Source: Octopus sinensis
Lineage: Eukaryota
Length of the DNA stretch: 64,000 nucleotides
Assembly (NCBI RefSeq): GCF_006345805.1
Contig: NC_043018.1
Coordinates: 19,716,001 to 19,780,000 of the forward strand
Direction of reading: 5' to 3'
Of this stretch, positions 39,292-51,156 are shown piece after piece; positions within the stretch are counted from its first letter, which is position 1, and every line of letters begins with the position of its first letter. The notes under the pieces are model-generated. The model saw only the letters and a list, made by a program, of their open reading frames with translations, had not been told where the DNA came from and made no database searches. Made by a program: the position numbers and the translations under genes.

Positions 39292-39589
39292 CTAGCAGTA
39301 TCGCCCGGCGTTGCTCGGGTTTGTAAGGGAAATAACTATATAAGCATTTTTAGAGAGTTACTTCCCTTAAATGATAGCAAAAAAATGCATTAAAATGGGA
39401 AAAAATTATGGTAATTTTTTTTTAAAATCGTAGACTCATTGTAGACACAGGCTAATACCCAGAAGGGCTCGATATGAATCACGACTATAAGATACCCGGT
39501 TTTGGTTACACTGCACCGCAAAATGTGAGAGTAGTTAGGAATCTAAATCGTAGGAGACAGACACACAACTTCACTTTTATATATAAAGA
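39292..39589 (-). mobile_element. Non-autonomous Helitron (298 bp)
   Basis: On -: A|TC...CCCGAGCAACGCCGGG hairpin...CTAG|T; nested in a hAT-like MITE remnant (~39175-39722). Confidence 0.85.
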
Positions 39590-40241
39590 TATTAGGAATT
39601 GTAAACAAAAAAAATTGTTAAACTGTTTTATAGAAACATAACCAATTTATTACATATAAACCTTTAGTGACAAAATCTTATATGAACCCCCAAGGGCCGT
39701 GTGAACCCAGCTGTGAACTACTGGTCAGCATTCTGAATTCAGAGACCCCCAGGGTCAACTTGCCTTTCACTCTTTCAGGAGTTGGCAATATCAAGTACCA
39801 GTCATGAACTGGGATCAGTTCTTTTTCTCTTATTTTTTCTTTCTTTCTGTCTATTTTTCTCTCTTCTGGAAGAAATCAGCTGAAATCAAATCTGGAATGG
39901 GTTTGAGTTCTGCCAGAACTGAAAATACCCAAGACACAATGTTATGGCAAGCACCTCAACAACTCCATCAAGGAGTTGGGAGTTCAAGACAAGGCAAAGC
40001 ATTGATATGTCTCCTTAATCAAGGAACACAAATCTCACCTGATCTCACCTGATAACTTTGGATAAGTATCTAGCAAGAAATGCTGTCTGATATCTGGAAC
40101 CATTCTGCTGCTCCAGAGAGACGGTAAAGCTGACCATAACCGCATAGTTCTGACCTATGTGGGAGAGACTACAGAGAGCAAGGGCCTTGTCCTTTCTTCT
40201 TAATTAAACCTTTAAAAAACAAATGGTAACACTATGCTGAC

Positions 40242-40298
40242 ACTTACCTGTAGCACTTACCTTCCTGTAACAGAATGAAAAATAAAAACAAACAAAAC
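40242..40298 (-). other. Candidate microexon (4 nt at 40261-40264 or 17 nt at 40248-40264) of an unidentified minus-strand gene
   Basis: On -: ~30-nt polypyrimidine tract, CAG|GAAG|GTAAGT GCTACAG|GTAAGT. Confidence 0.5.
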
Positions 40299-41171
40299 CT
40301 CTTTGATATATTCTTGCTTATTAATTTCCATAGGTCAAAAATGGTAAGGCTCAAAACTTGTATAATGGAACGATCCGTGAATATATCATCATCATCATCT
40401 TCATTTAGTGTCCACTTTTCCATGTTGGTATGGGTCAGACTGAATGTATTGTGGTAGATTTTTCTACAGTTGTGATTTTGTTGTTGTTGCCAACTCTCAC
40501 CTGTTCCCAACTCTCACCTGTTCCCAGGTAAACTAATATTTCCCATGGCCTGACATGTTTTTCCACAGAAGGCTGGAAACAAATGTCACCACACCACTTG
40601 TACAACAGTGATGTTTGTTTACAACCACCACATGATACCACAAGAGTAAGCAACCAAACACACACATACATAAGAGGTTTCTTTCTGTATACCCAATCCA
40701 TTGACAAGGCTTTGGTCTGTCCAAGGCTACAGTCGAAGACTGAACCTGAAACCACACGGTTGGGAAGCAAGCCTCTTAACCACACAGCCATGTCTGTGTC
40801 TGAATATCATTTAATGTAAATAATTGTCTTTCCTGTAATTTATAATTCCACTTAAATTCTCTCAAAACGGAATTAAGAGTCAGAATAGTTTATGATACAA
40901 GTGATGACAGCAGTTAGTTCAAAGTTGAATACATTTAATGAAATTTGTGTTTGATCATTAACTTTAGAATTAATTAATCAATTATATACCAAGTTAATCC
41001 ATCTTATTGTTATACACTCTCCTGCAGTTTAACACAAAGTCCCTTATCTGTCCCTTACTCTCTGTGGAAGCTGGACACTTCTATTTGCTGTAATTACTTC
41101 ACAATGTCGTTAATCTTAGACATTTATCAAATGAGTTCTTTCTTCAAACTACTGTCTTTAGGATGTGCCAT

Positions 41172-41740
41172 TTCATCATCGTCGTTTAACGTCCGCTTTC
41201 CATGCTAGCATGGGTTGGATGTATGACTGAGGGCTGGCGAACCAAGATGGCTGCACCAGGCTTCAATCTTGATCTTGATCTGGCAGAGTTTCTACAGCTG
41301 GATGCCCTTCCTAATGCCAACCACTCCGAGAGTGTAGTGGGTGCTTTTTCGTGCCACCAGCACAGGGCCAGTCAGGTGGCACTGGCAACGACCTCGCTCG
41401 ACTCTTTTACACATGTCACCGGCACGGGTGCCAGTAAGGCAATGCTGGTAACGATCATGCTCGAATGGTGTCTTTTGCATGCCACTGGCACGGAGGCCAG
41501 ATAGCCACTCTGGCAACAATCATGCTCGGATGGTGCTCTTAATACTCTACTAGCACGGGGCTCAAGTGCCAGTAGTGCGACGCTGGTAACGATCACACTT
41601 GAATGGTGCCTTTTAAATTCCACTGGCACGGGAGCCGGTTAGCCGCTCTGTCAATGATCACACTCGTATGGTGCTCTTTGCACCCCGCTAGCACGGACGC
41701 CAGTCATCGAATTTGATTTTGATTTTTGATTTGTCATTTG
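41172..41740 (-). mobile_element. Repeat family D, long variant
   Basis: Homologous to 34950-35500. Confidence 0.8.
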
Positions 41741-42548
41741 AATTTGGTAAATTTACTCTTTTATTCCATTGCTTGTTTCAGTCCCCAGGAAGGTGGCTAT
41801 GCCTGACATAGCACTGCTTCTTTTGTCAATCATATCAACACCAGTTTATTTTAGATTAGTACTGATTCCATCAACCTCTGATTATCAAATAGCTGATTTA
41901 CCTTTTGACAGAAGAATTCCAACCACATTTCATGGTTCGTTACCTCAACAGCTCCTTTATAGGATCCAGTGGCTAAGGCCATCATCAGGAGGAACCACAT
42001 CCAGTTTCAGCCCCTACTCCTCTTCTGTTTTCAGTGTGGTGCCCTCCACCTTTTTGGAGGTGTCTTCAGTTCTGGTTTTTACTGCATTCTTTTTTTCTTT
42101 TTCCTTTCGCTTTTTGTTCTTTGGTTTCTCCAATGCAGCTTCAACAAATGTCAGCAGGCGAATGACCACCCTGGCAAATTTCCCTTCCAATACTCACCGG
42201 TAGGCTCCAGCAGCCATATAATCATCACTACTTGATATGATGGTTCACTCCAGTTTGCACAAACATAGGAACGTATGCCCATATAAATATGCGCCTACAT
42301 GCATGCAGTTAAGAAGCATGCGTGTACTTCACAGTTCTCATCAGAGCTCGTCAAAAAATGCAGATATTTTCAATGAATGACCTCAGTAAATAATTAAAAT
42401 GATGACAGTAATGATAGAAGCTTAAATATATCATAGAAAAAGATATTTTTATGATATGACATGAATAATATACATTTGGTGTCAAATAGTATTACACAGA
42501 TAAATAATTGGTTGTTGTTATCACAGAATAATCTATTACAGAATAAAA

Positions 42549-43113
42549 CGAGGATGAGTCAAAAAGTAATGCCATTTTGTTTAGGACAGGTATAATTACC
42601 AACACAGGAATATGTATCATGCATCAAAATGAAGCTGGTCCTCTGTGGATCACACCCCTATTTCTCAACAGTCACCGTTTCTCTCTATAGCAATGTTCCA
42701 CCTTCAAATGAGAGCATGTATCCCTGCCCGTAAAATTCTGTTGATTGTTCTTTGAGCCACTTCTTCACTACAGTTTTCACTTCCTCATCACTAGAATAAA
42801 TTAATGCCTTCAGACTATCATCTCTTTGGCCCCATGAAAGAGGGTTTGAGAGGCAAACATTATTCCAGTGATGAGGAAGTGAAAACTGTAGTGAAGAAGC
42901 GGCTCAAAGAACAGTCAACAGAATTTTACTTGGCAGGGATACATGCTCTCATTCAAAGGTGGAACATTGCTATTGAGAGAAACAGTGACTATGTTGAGAA
43001 GTAGGGATGTGATCCACAGAATACCAGCTTCATTTTGATGTATGATACATGTTCCTGTGTTGGTAATTATACCTGTCCTAAACAAAATGGCATTACTTTT
43101 TGACTCATCCTCG
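42549..43113. mobile_element. Palindromic mariner derivative made of two inverted 3' ends
   Basis: Arms 42549-42799 and 42859-43113. ORF PSDYHLFGPMKEGLRGKHYSSDEEVK...RWNIAIERNSDYVEK is the mariner C-terminus. TA at the right end, AA at the left. Confidence 0.9.
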
Positions 43114-43359
43114 TATATGTTAATACAGAATGCACTCCATACTACTTGAATGTAGATATATTCAGTATTGCACTGATCAACTACCGACTGTTAAACCAAC
43201 GCACATCAAACTAACATGGTTGACTATGCTCCTGATATTTCTTATTGTAATCTGTTAGTCCACCTTCTGTAATGTGGGGGTGTTCTCGATTTTCCTATAA
43301 CAGTGTATATAATTCTTTAATCCAGGACATAAAGTTGTTTCAATTTTTCTTTTTTTGTT

Positions 43360-43572
43360 TTAAGTTAAGTTAATATTTTGGCTCAAAAAGCAAAAAGCAA
43401 GGCCATGTAGGGGGACATGGAGTTATGTACAGGGTGGTGTTCATACAAAGAGTTCAGGCCATTTGTGGTCAAGGGAGACTTTGAACCGAGCGGTCGTCGG
43501 CATCTTCACTATCTCGTCCGGCAGCTTATTCCACGGATCCGCAACCCGGACGGAGAAAGCCCCTCTCCTTTG
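43360..43572 (-). mobile_element. CR1 LINE 3' end (same family as 19305)
   Basis: Reverse complement of ~19600-19810. Confidence 0.9.
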
Positions 43573-44016
43573 AATACATCACATTAGAAGGAATGGAATA
43601 AATTTATACACACACACACACATAAAATTATATATATGCACACACACACACATCTAGGTTATTGTGATCTGATATAAACTGATATAAACCCATTACATAT
43701 GTACTCTTAAATTCTGTCTTATAGATACTGCTTCACAAAATCACAAATGCTCAACTGCGCAAAATATAAATTAAAAAAAAATTCAAATGTGCCCTCTGGG
43801 ACTGAATTTAGAAACACATGGCTGTTAAATCAACATTTAAACTACACAGCTTTGCTTATCTCAAGTTTTAAATATTCTCCACGTAAATCAGAGTTCTCTT
43901 TAGTGATATTACTCGACAAAAACAAACAAACCACGACATGCAGTAAAATAAACATGCATATTTAAATTCAGTCAGCTTACAATTTTGATATATGTGCTTG
44001 TGTTTTTGTAGGTATG

Positions 44017-44052
<36 letters not shown>

Positions 44053-44212
44053 AGTGTGCATGTAAGTTAAATTTAAAATTTAAAATAAGGTTTAGAAAGG
44101 AAACATTAAAATGCAGTATTCAAACCTTGTTTCAGGTAAGTCCCACCTAGTGTACACTCCGTCTTCAATATCAATAATTTAAAATATGTGTGTGTGTGTG
44201 TGTGTGTGTAAG

Positions 44213-44277
<65 letters not shown>

Positions 44278-44325
44278 AACAAATAAAGACAGAGAGAGAT
44301 AAGTGTATATTTTCTCTCCCTGTTC

Positions 44326-44361
44326 CTTTCTGTTGAAGAGCATAGGCTCGAAACGTAAAAG
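44326..44361 (+). ncRNA. Minimal type I hammerhead-like motif (family 2) in a Penelope-type fragment (~44300-44445)
   Basis: CTTT-CTGTTGAA-GAGC atag GCTC-GAAAC-GTA-AAAG; perfect 4-bp stems I and II. Confidence 0.6.
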
Positions 44362-45132
44362 ACTTTCTCACTTCCTGAGCATTAAACTAATACATCTGTT
44401 TGTTGTTTACACACCAATCTTTTGTTTTTTTTTTTGTAAATTTTCACTAAGTAGATATATATGTATGTATGCATGTATGTATGTTTTAATGTATATGTCA
44501 GGTGTGTCAGTTTGGGGTAGCCATAAAAAATGCAGTTTTGACAAAGCTCTCTTATGGTATTTCATCCAAGTTTTTTTCCTTGTTTTAGTCTAAAGGATGG
44601 CTCTCCATCCATGACATTTACAACTCTCATTAACAATTCTATTAAAATATTGCAAGTATTTTGCTAAAAAGACATGTGCAGATAGGGAATTCCAGAAGGC
44701 CAGTGTTCCGGGGAAGAAGGATTGGATATTGTTGTTGGTGGGCAGGCTGTGAGAGTGGAGAGTGTAATATGGATGATGAGCAGAAGAGGAGAAATGAATG
44801 ATTCAGAAGGGTTTGAGTCAAGATGGCACAAGACTTGTCAGCTCTTATGAGCAGAGGCCATTATAGTAGTGGTGCCAAAAGCAGAGAGGGGACATAACAT
44901 GTTTGTGAGATAGAGTTTAGGGTGTGATTGTGAGTGATTTTATGATAATCAGTTGAGTGAGTTTATCTGTCGGTTACGATGACAAGTGTTCCAGTTGATC
45001 CGATCATTGGAACAGCCTGCCCGTGAAATTAATGTACAAGTGGCTGAGTACTCCTTTATGTAATTCTCAGGGAGATTCAGTGTGTCACAGAGTGTGACAA
45101 GGCTGGCCCCTTTGAATTACAGGTACTACTCA

Positions 45133-45365
45133 TAAGGCGACGAGCTGGCAGAAACGTTAGCACGCTGGGCGAAATGCTTTGTGGTATTTCGTCTGCCGCT
45201 GCGTTCTGAGTTCAAATTCCGTTGAGATTGACTTTGCCTTTCATCCTTTCGGGGTCGATAAATTAAGAACCAGTTATGCACTGGAGTCGATTTAATCGAC
45301 TTAATCCGTTTGTCTGTTCTTGTTTGTCCCCTCTATGTTTAGTCCCTTGTGGGTAGTAAAGAAAT
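45133..45365 (+). mobile_element. SINE family C with TSD AGGTACTACTCA, nested in another SINE
   Basis: Direct repeats at 45121-45132 and 45366-45377. Confidence 0.88.
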
Positions 45366-45596
45366 AGGTACTACTCAGTTTTGCCAGCTGAGTGAACTGA
45401 AGCAATGTGAAATAAATTGTCTTGCTCAAGGACACAAGGCGTTGCCAGGAATTGAACTCATCACCTTATGATTGTGAGCCAAATACCCCTAACCACTAAG
45501 CCATGGCCTAGGGTGTTCTGTGATGTAGCAGTGGTACTTTTAGTGTGTGTCTTACTCAAAATTTCTAGAAAGGTTTGTAAAAAAAATAGTGAGCCG

Positions 45597-45738
45597 TGAC
45601 TGGCTCGCTATTTCCAGTGGACTGGCGCAGGACCGTCGTGCGTGGGCTGCCATGGTTCGAGATGCCTCGAGGGTGGTAGAAGAAGAAGCCAACTCAACCC
45701 ACCCAGGGTGAATGTCGCCACAAGTACAAGTAAGTACA
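45597..45738 (+). mobile_element. RTE-clade LINE 3' end
   Basis: DWLAISSGLAQDRRAWAAMVRDAS...ANSTHPG* followed by an ACAAGTACAAGTAAGT tail. Confidence 0.7.
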
Positions 45739-46035
45739 AAGGTTGGTAACTGTTGGGGCTGGAAGTATTTTGCAGTGAAGGTCTTCAGTGTTAGCAAAGC
45801 TTATCATTTGAAGAATTTATAGATGTTGTTCTAGTTGTGTGCTCTTAGAGTTCAAAGGGTTTGAGGTGCAATGGTATTTATTGCTGTGTGCGGTGATTGT
45901 GTTTTTTTAGGCATCAAAGGAAACAGATTAGCACACACCCATTGGAGGAAGAAAAGAAAAACTGCTGGCCTTGTGCCAAAATTTGAAACCGTTTATACTT
46001 CCATAAATCAATATTTTAATTTATAATATTATTTG

Positions 46036-46072
46036 CTAATTCTTTGTTCTTTTCTATTTTTTTCAGGTAAGT
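46036..46072 (+). promoter_or_regulatory. Candidate recursive splice site
   Basis: Branch point CTAAT, ~23-nt polypyrimidine tract, CAG|GTAAGT at 46064-46072. Confidence 0.55.
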
Positions 46073-46375
46073 TGATATCCTTGTATGTCTACCTGTCTGT
46101 CTTGGTAAGAACAATTAATTCCACTACAAAAATGGTATGTTTTTTCACCACGTCTATATCTGAATGTCCTTGTTATGTACTTAACAGATACTTGCATCTT
46201 CTTCTTTACTCTACACCACATTGATCGTGGGCTTTGACTCCAGCTCGAGAGCAAATTTCCCTCATCACATTTTGCGTACCAATTCCAAGATAGTGAGTAC
46301 AGTCCTGCGTCTCACATAAACCCACTCACATCATACAAGTCTGACTACAGGGCTTAAGCGTCCCAATAGGATTAA

Positions 46376-46968
46376 CCCTTTAGCGATAGGGGTTCACAAC
46401 CATTCTTTGTTTATGGACCCCTTTGATTACTATTTCATTTTTGTGGACCCCTATAGCCATTTGTTGTTTAAAAACTTTAAAGAAACGTCTTTTAAAATTC
46501 TTTTGTTTTCCTCACATTGACTTGTGAAGGTTGAACTCTGTAAAATGTTAGAGAAAGAAACCTGTTCCTTACCATAAATTCCATAAATATATCGAATGCA
46601 AAATTTTTTCAGGGGCCCTTAAAATATTATTGTGGATCTCCAATTTACTATTTTCTTGTGTGGACCCCAACAAAATCTCATATGGACAATCAGGGACCAT
46701 ATGGATGATCGGGTGTCACATGGACGATTGGGGGGCATATGATCCCTGGTTGAAGAGCATTGCTTAAATCAGCCATGTCTAGCTCAAATATTTCATCTGT
46801 TTAATGTTGGAACTAGCCAGGTCCAGCCTCTCATACCTATCCTACAATGTCATGCTAAAAGTAAGCAGTCACTTGAAATCTAAAAGCTACAAGATAATGC
46901 ATGATTATGTCAACACAATGCGAACAAATAAGCATTAGATTTGACAGAGTAACACAAAAGCTGAAGGG
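46376..46968. mobile_element. piggyBac-type MITE with a nested hAT-like MITE (~46390-46762)
   Basis: TTAA|CCCTT...AAGGG|TTAA. Confidence 0.7.
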
Positions 46969-47971
46969 TTAACTTACATGCAAGCATATCTATATACACA
47001 ACTACTTCTATAAACACACGGACGCACACATCATGCATACATATACAGACATCTGCAAACTTTCGTAGGATTTTCTTAAACTTTTGATTTGTGTGTGTGT
47101 GTTGAATATGAAGTGAAGATAAATTCAGAAGATATTTTGTTTTGATTAATTCTATTTATTTTTTTAAAGCTCATTTATTGAACTACAGTGCGTACCCTTG
47201 ATGATATATATATCTTTGGTGCCACAAAAAAAAAAAAAAAGAATCATTTGTGTGTTGGGCTTTATATATATATATATATATATATTTGAGTGTGTCTGCA
47301 TGTGTATATGTGTGTAAATATATAATATATATATATAATATATATTTACCTATTGATACACACACAGACACACATATATATATATCAAAGTTTATATATC
47401 AGTAGGTAAATAAGATAAAAATTTATTTGTAGAAAAAAAAAACCCTTGGTAGATACAATTAAATTATTGCTGAAAGAAAGAAAGCAAAAAAAAAGACAAA
47501 AACATAACCCCCCCCCCACCTGAAAAAAATCCAATAATTTATATGAAAGTAAAAAAAAAAAAAGTAAACTTTTATAAACGAATCTATCCCGATCTGACTG
47601 GTTATCTTTGTGTTAAGTTTGTGTAAGGTCCCTTATGTGCATCATCAATCTTAACCGAGATTGTGAACGGCAATCATATAGGGAACCTATGTAAATATTT
47701 ATCGAATTTCATAAGCATTGGTCTGGAAAGATAGGAGGAACTCTGGAATGTTCTTGAAAATATCTATTGCAGATTTGCTTCTCGCATCAGGGAAATTTCA
47801 AAAAAACCAAACAAATCATTCAACTCACAGTAGAATACAGAGTAGTAGTAGTAGTAGAAGGGGAGGAGGAGGAGGAGGAATTGTTGCTTAGCTCTGGGTC
47901 AGCCCTGGGGTTACACAGACATACATCGTTATCATCATCATCATCATCGTTTTAATACCCGCTATTGTTTG

Positions 47972-48002
<31 letters not shown>

Positions 48003-49144
48003 GGTTGGCGTCCGTTGTCCATACTGGCATGGATTGAATGGTGTGGCCAGAGTTGGCAAGCCGGGCGTGGTGTTGTTGGTGGTGGAGGGGCTGCACCAGA
48101 CTCCAGACCGATTTGGCAAGGTTTCTACGGCTGGATGCCCTTCCTCGTGCCAACCACTTTACAGAGTATGCTGGGTGCTTTTTACATGGCACCACATGGG
48201 CGCTTTCATGATGTGTCTCATGGGCTCTTTTACATGGTACTGCATGGGCACTTTTATGATGTGCCACCATACCGGGTGCTCTTACGTGACACTGCACATA
48301 TGCTTTTATGTGGAACCGCATGGGAACTCTTATGTGAAGCTACATGAGTGCTTCCATGTAGCACTACCAGAAGGCTCGGTCTGAACACTTCTGCTGTGAT
48401 GTACAGGTCTTCTTGATTATGGCCCAGCGCCAGGTATCTCAGTTCTTTAATCATCTCACCTGAAAGTATTAGGCTTACCAAGAATAAGACCTGGGGTTGA
48501 TGTCTTTGACAAACACCCTTTAAGGTGGTGTTCCAGCATGGCCGCAGTCAAATGACTGAAACAAATAAAAGAATATATATATGATAGGCTTCTTTCAGTT
48601 TCCACCGACAAAATCTACACAATGAGATTTTAGTCAGCCTTGAGCTGTACAAGGAAACATCTCCCCAAGGTGCCCTGCAATAGGATTGTGGAGGCACATG
48701 GCTTAGTGGTTAGGGGTGTTGGACTCATGATCGTAAGATTGTGGTTTTGATTTCTGGACCAGGCAACATGTGTTCTTGAGCAAAACATGTTTCATGTTGA
48801 TCCAGTCCAGTCTGCTGGCAAAAGCGAGTTAATCCTGCAGTGGACCAGTGTCACATCCAGGTGGATAATATATACGCCATGGAAACTGGAAAACCAGCTC
48901 TTATGAGTCAGCGTGACTCAAGAAGGTAACTTAATCTTTACCATGCGCTGGGATTGAACTTAAAATCACATGGTTGGGAAGCAGACCTCTTAACCACCCA
49001 GCCGTACCGATAATCAGACATTCAAACCATAATCAATCTGATCTTTTGTATATCCAAGGCTACATCATCCATAGTATATATCTCAGGCAACAGGAAATGA
49101 TCTGAGGGAGACTTGGCTGCTATTGCTAAGATAAACAACTACAT

Positions 49145-49427
49145 CAGTGGTTCCCAACCTGTGGTCCGTGGATCTCTGGTGGTCTGCAAAAGTAGTACTA
49201 AGGGTTTGTCAACTAAGTTCAAAATTTCATATATATAAATATATATTGGCACGTAAAAAGCACCCACTACACTCAGGGAGTGGTTGGCATTAGGAAGGGC
49301 ATCCAGATGTAGAAACACTGCCAGATCAGACTGGAGCCTGGTGCAGTCACCTGGCTTCCCAGACCCCGGTCGAAACGTCCAACCCATGCTAACATGGAAA
49401 ACGGACGTTAAACGATGATGATGATGA

Positions 49428-49465
<38 letters not shown>

Positions 49466-49870
49466 GCTATATATATATCTTTATATATAAAAGTGAAGTT
49501 GTGTGTCTGTCTCCTACGATTTAGATTCCTAACTACTCCAACATTTTGCGTTGCATTGTAACCAAAAGCGGGTATCTTATAGTCGTGATTCATATCGAGC
49601 CCTTCTGGGTATTAGCGTGCGTCTACGATGAGTCTACGATTTAAAAAAAAATTTACCATCATTTTTTCCCATTTTAATGCATTTTTTTGCTATTATATAA
49701 GGGAAGTAACTCTCTAAAAATGTATTATTAAATCTCAGAACGTAAAAAGCTACAGTAACACCCCACTTTGTGGTTAACCATATTGAGATGGCTATTATAC
49801 TTTACATCTCTAAAAATGCTTATATAGTTATTTCCCTTACAAACCCGAGCAACGCCGGGCGATACTGCTA

Positions 49871-49913
<43 letters not shown>

Positions 49914-49997
49914 AGGATATGCATATTAAAAGGGGTCCAGAGGAAAACTCGTTTAAATAAAAGGGATCCTTGATAGTCAAAAGGTTGGGAACCACTG
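49145..49997. mobile_element. Non-autonomous hAT element with nested family D repeat and Helitron
   Basis: Perfect 16-bp TIR CAGTGGTTCCCAACCT; perfect 8-bp TSD AACTACAT at 49137-49144 and 49998-50005. Confidence 0.92.
49478..49871 (+). mobile_element. Non-autonomous Helitron (394 bp)
   Basis: A|TC...hairpin...CTAG|T; homologous to 39292. Confidence 0.87.
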
Positions 49998-50544
49998 AAC
50001 TACATAGAACAGTGATCCTCAACCTTTTTAATATTCAGCCCAGATCCAAAACTTGGATTTTTTTTTGGGGGGGGGGGCACCTAAAAAAGTAACCTACAAG
50101 TCAGATAAAGAAAAATTTTATATCTATAGGCAGAAGCGAATTGAGGGTCACCAGAAGGATGCTTGAGGGCTGCATGCCATTGTTGGGAACCGCTGCTATG
50201 AGATCTTGCTTGGTAACTAAAATATATTGATTCCCCAGCAGGTCGTTTTCCTGCCGATCATGTCTGTCCAATGTCCTTGTAGTCCAGACTTTCAGCCTGA
50301 GATCATTGATGTATATGTGAACTTAATCCCTCCATGTTATCAAGTTTCTGGCATTAAATCCCTCTTGAGAATGTAAATATGTTGCGATTGTGTTCCATGC
50401 TGAAGCTAATCCATGATGTAATCCACTCTTTAGAGTATTAGCAATGGTTGAACACCACTATTTGATATGTCACATGATCAAATTGGTTCTGTTGATAAGG
50501 TGACATAATCTGTATTATTACATGCATGCATGTATGCGTGTATT

Positions 50545-50584
<40 letters not shown>

Positions 50585-50744
50585 GCTGTGTGGTTATGAA
50601 GTTTGTTTCCTAACCATATGGTTCTAAGTTCAATCCCACTGCATGGCACTATTGTCAAGTGTCTTTTACAATAACCTTGGGCCAACCAAAGTCTTATGAG
50701 TGGATTTGATAGACAGAAACCAAAAGAAGTCTGCTATATATATG

Positions 50745-50775
<31 letters not shown>

Positions 50776-50790
50776 TATATATATACATAC

Positions 50791-50853
<63 letters not shown>

Positions 50854-51156
50854 GGAGGCACAATGGCCAGTGGTCAGGGCAGCGGACTCGCGGTCAGAGG
50901 ATCGTGGTTTCGATTCCCAGACCGGGTGTTGTGAGTGTTTATTGAGCGAAAACACCCAAAAGCTCCATGAGGCTCTGGCAGGGGGTGGTGGCGATCCCTG
51001 CTGTACTCTTTCGCCACAACTTTCTCTCCTTCTTCTGTTGGCCTGCTCGCTTAGCCAGCAGGGTGGCATCATTCGAAGGCTAAAACAATGCGAAGCGCAT
51101 TGTGACCAGCGATTTGTAGCAACATCTGATAGTCTGGTCGGTCAAGGTCAAGGTGA
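50854..51156 (+). mobile_element. tRNA-derived SINE (family E head, different tail)
   Basis: tRNA-like head; body shared with 59706 and 60964. Confidence 0.8.

Noticed and set aside
50210-50500. Minus-strand NLITWRD*VHI...RHDRQENDLLG resembling the RTE/RTEX C-terminal region
   Set aside because: Similarity too weak to call without an alignment.
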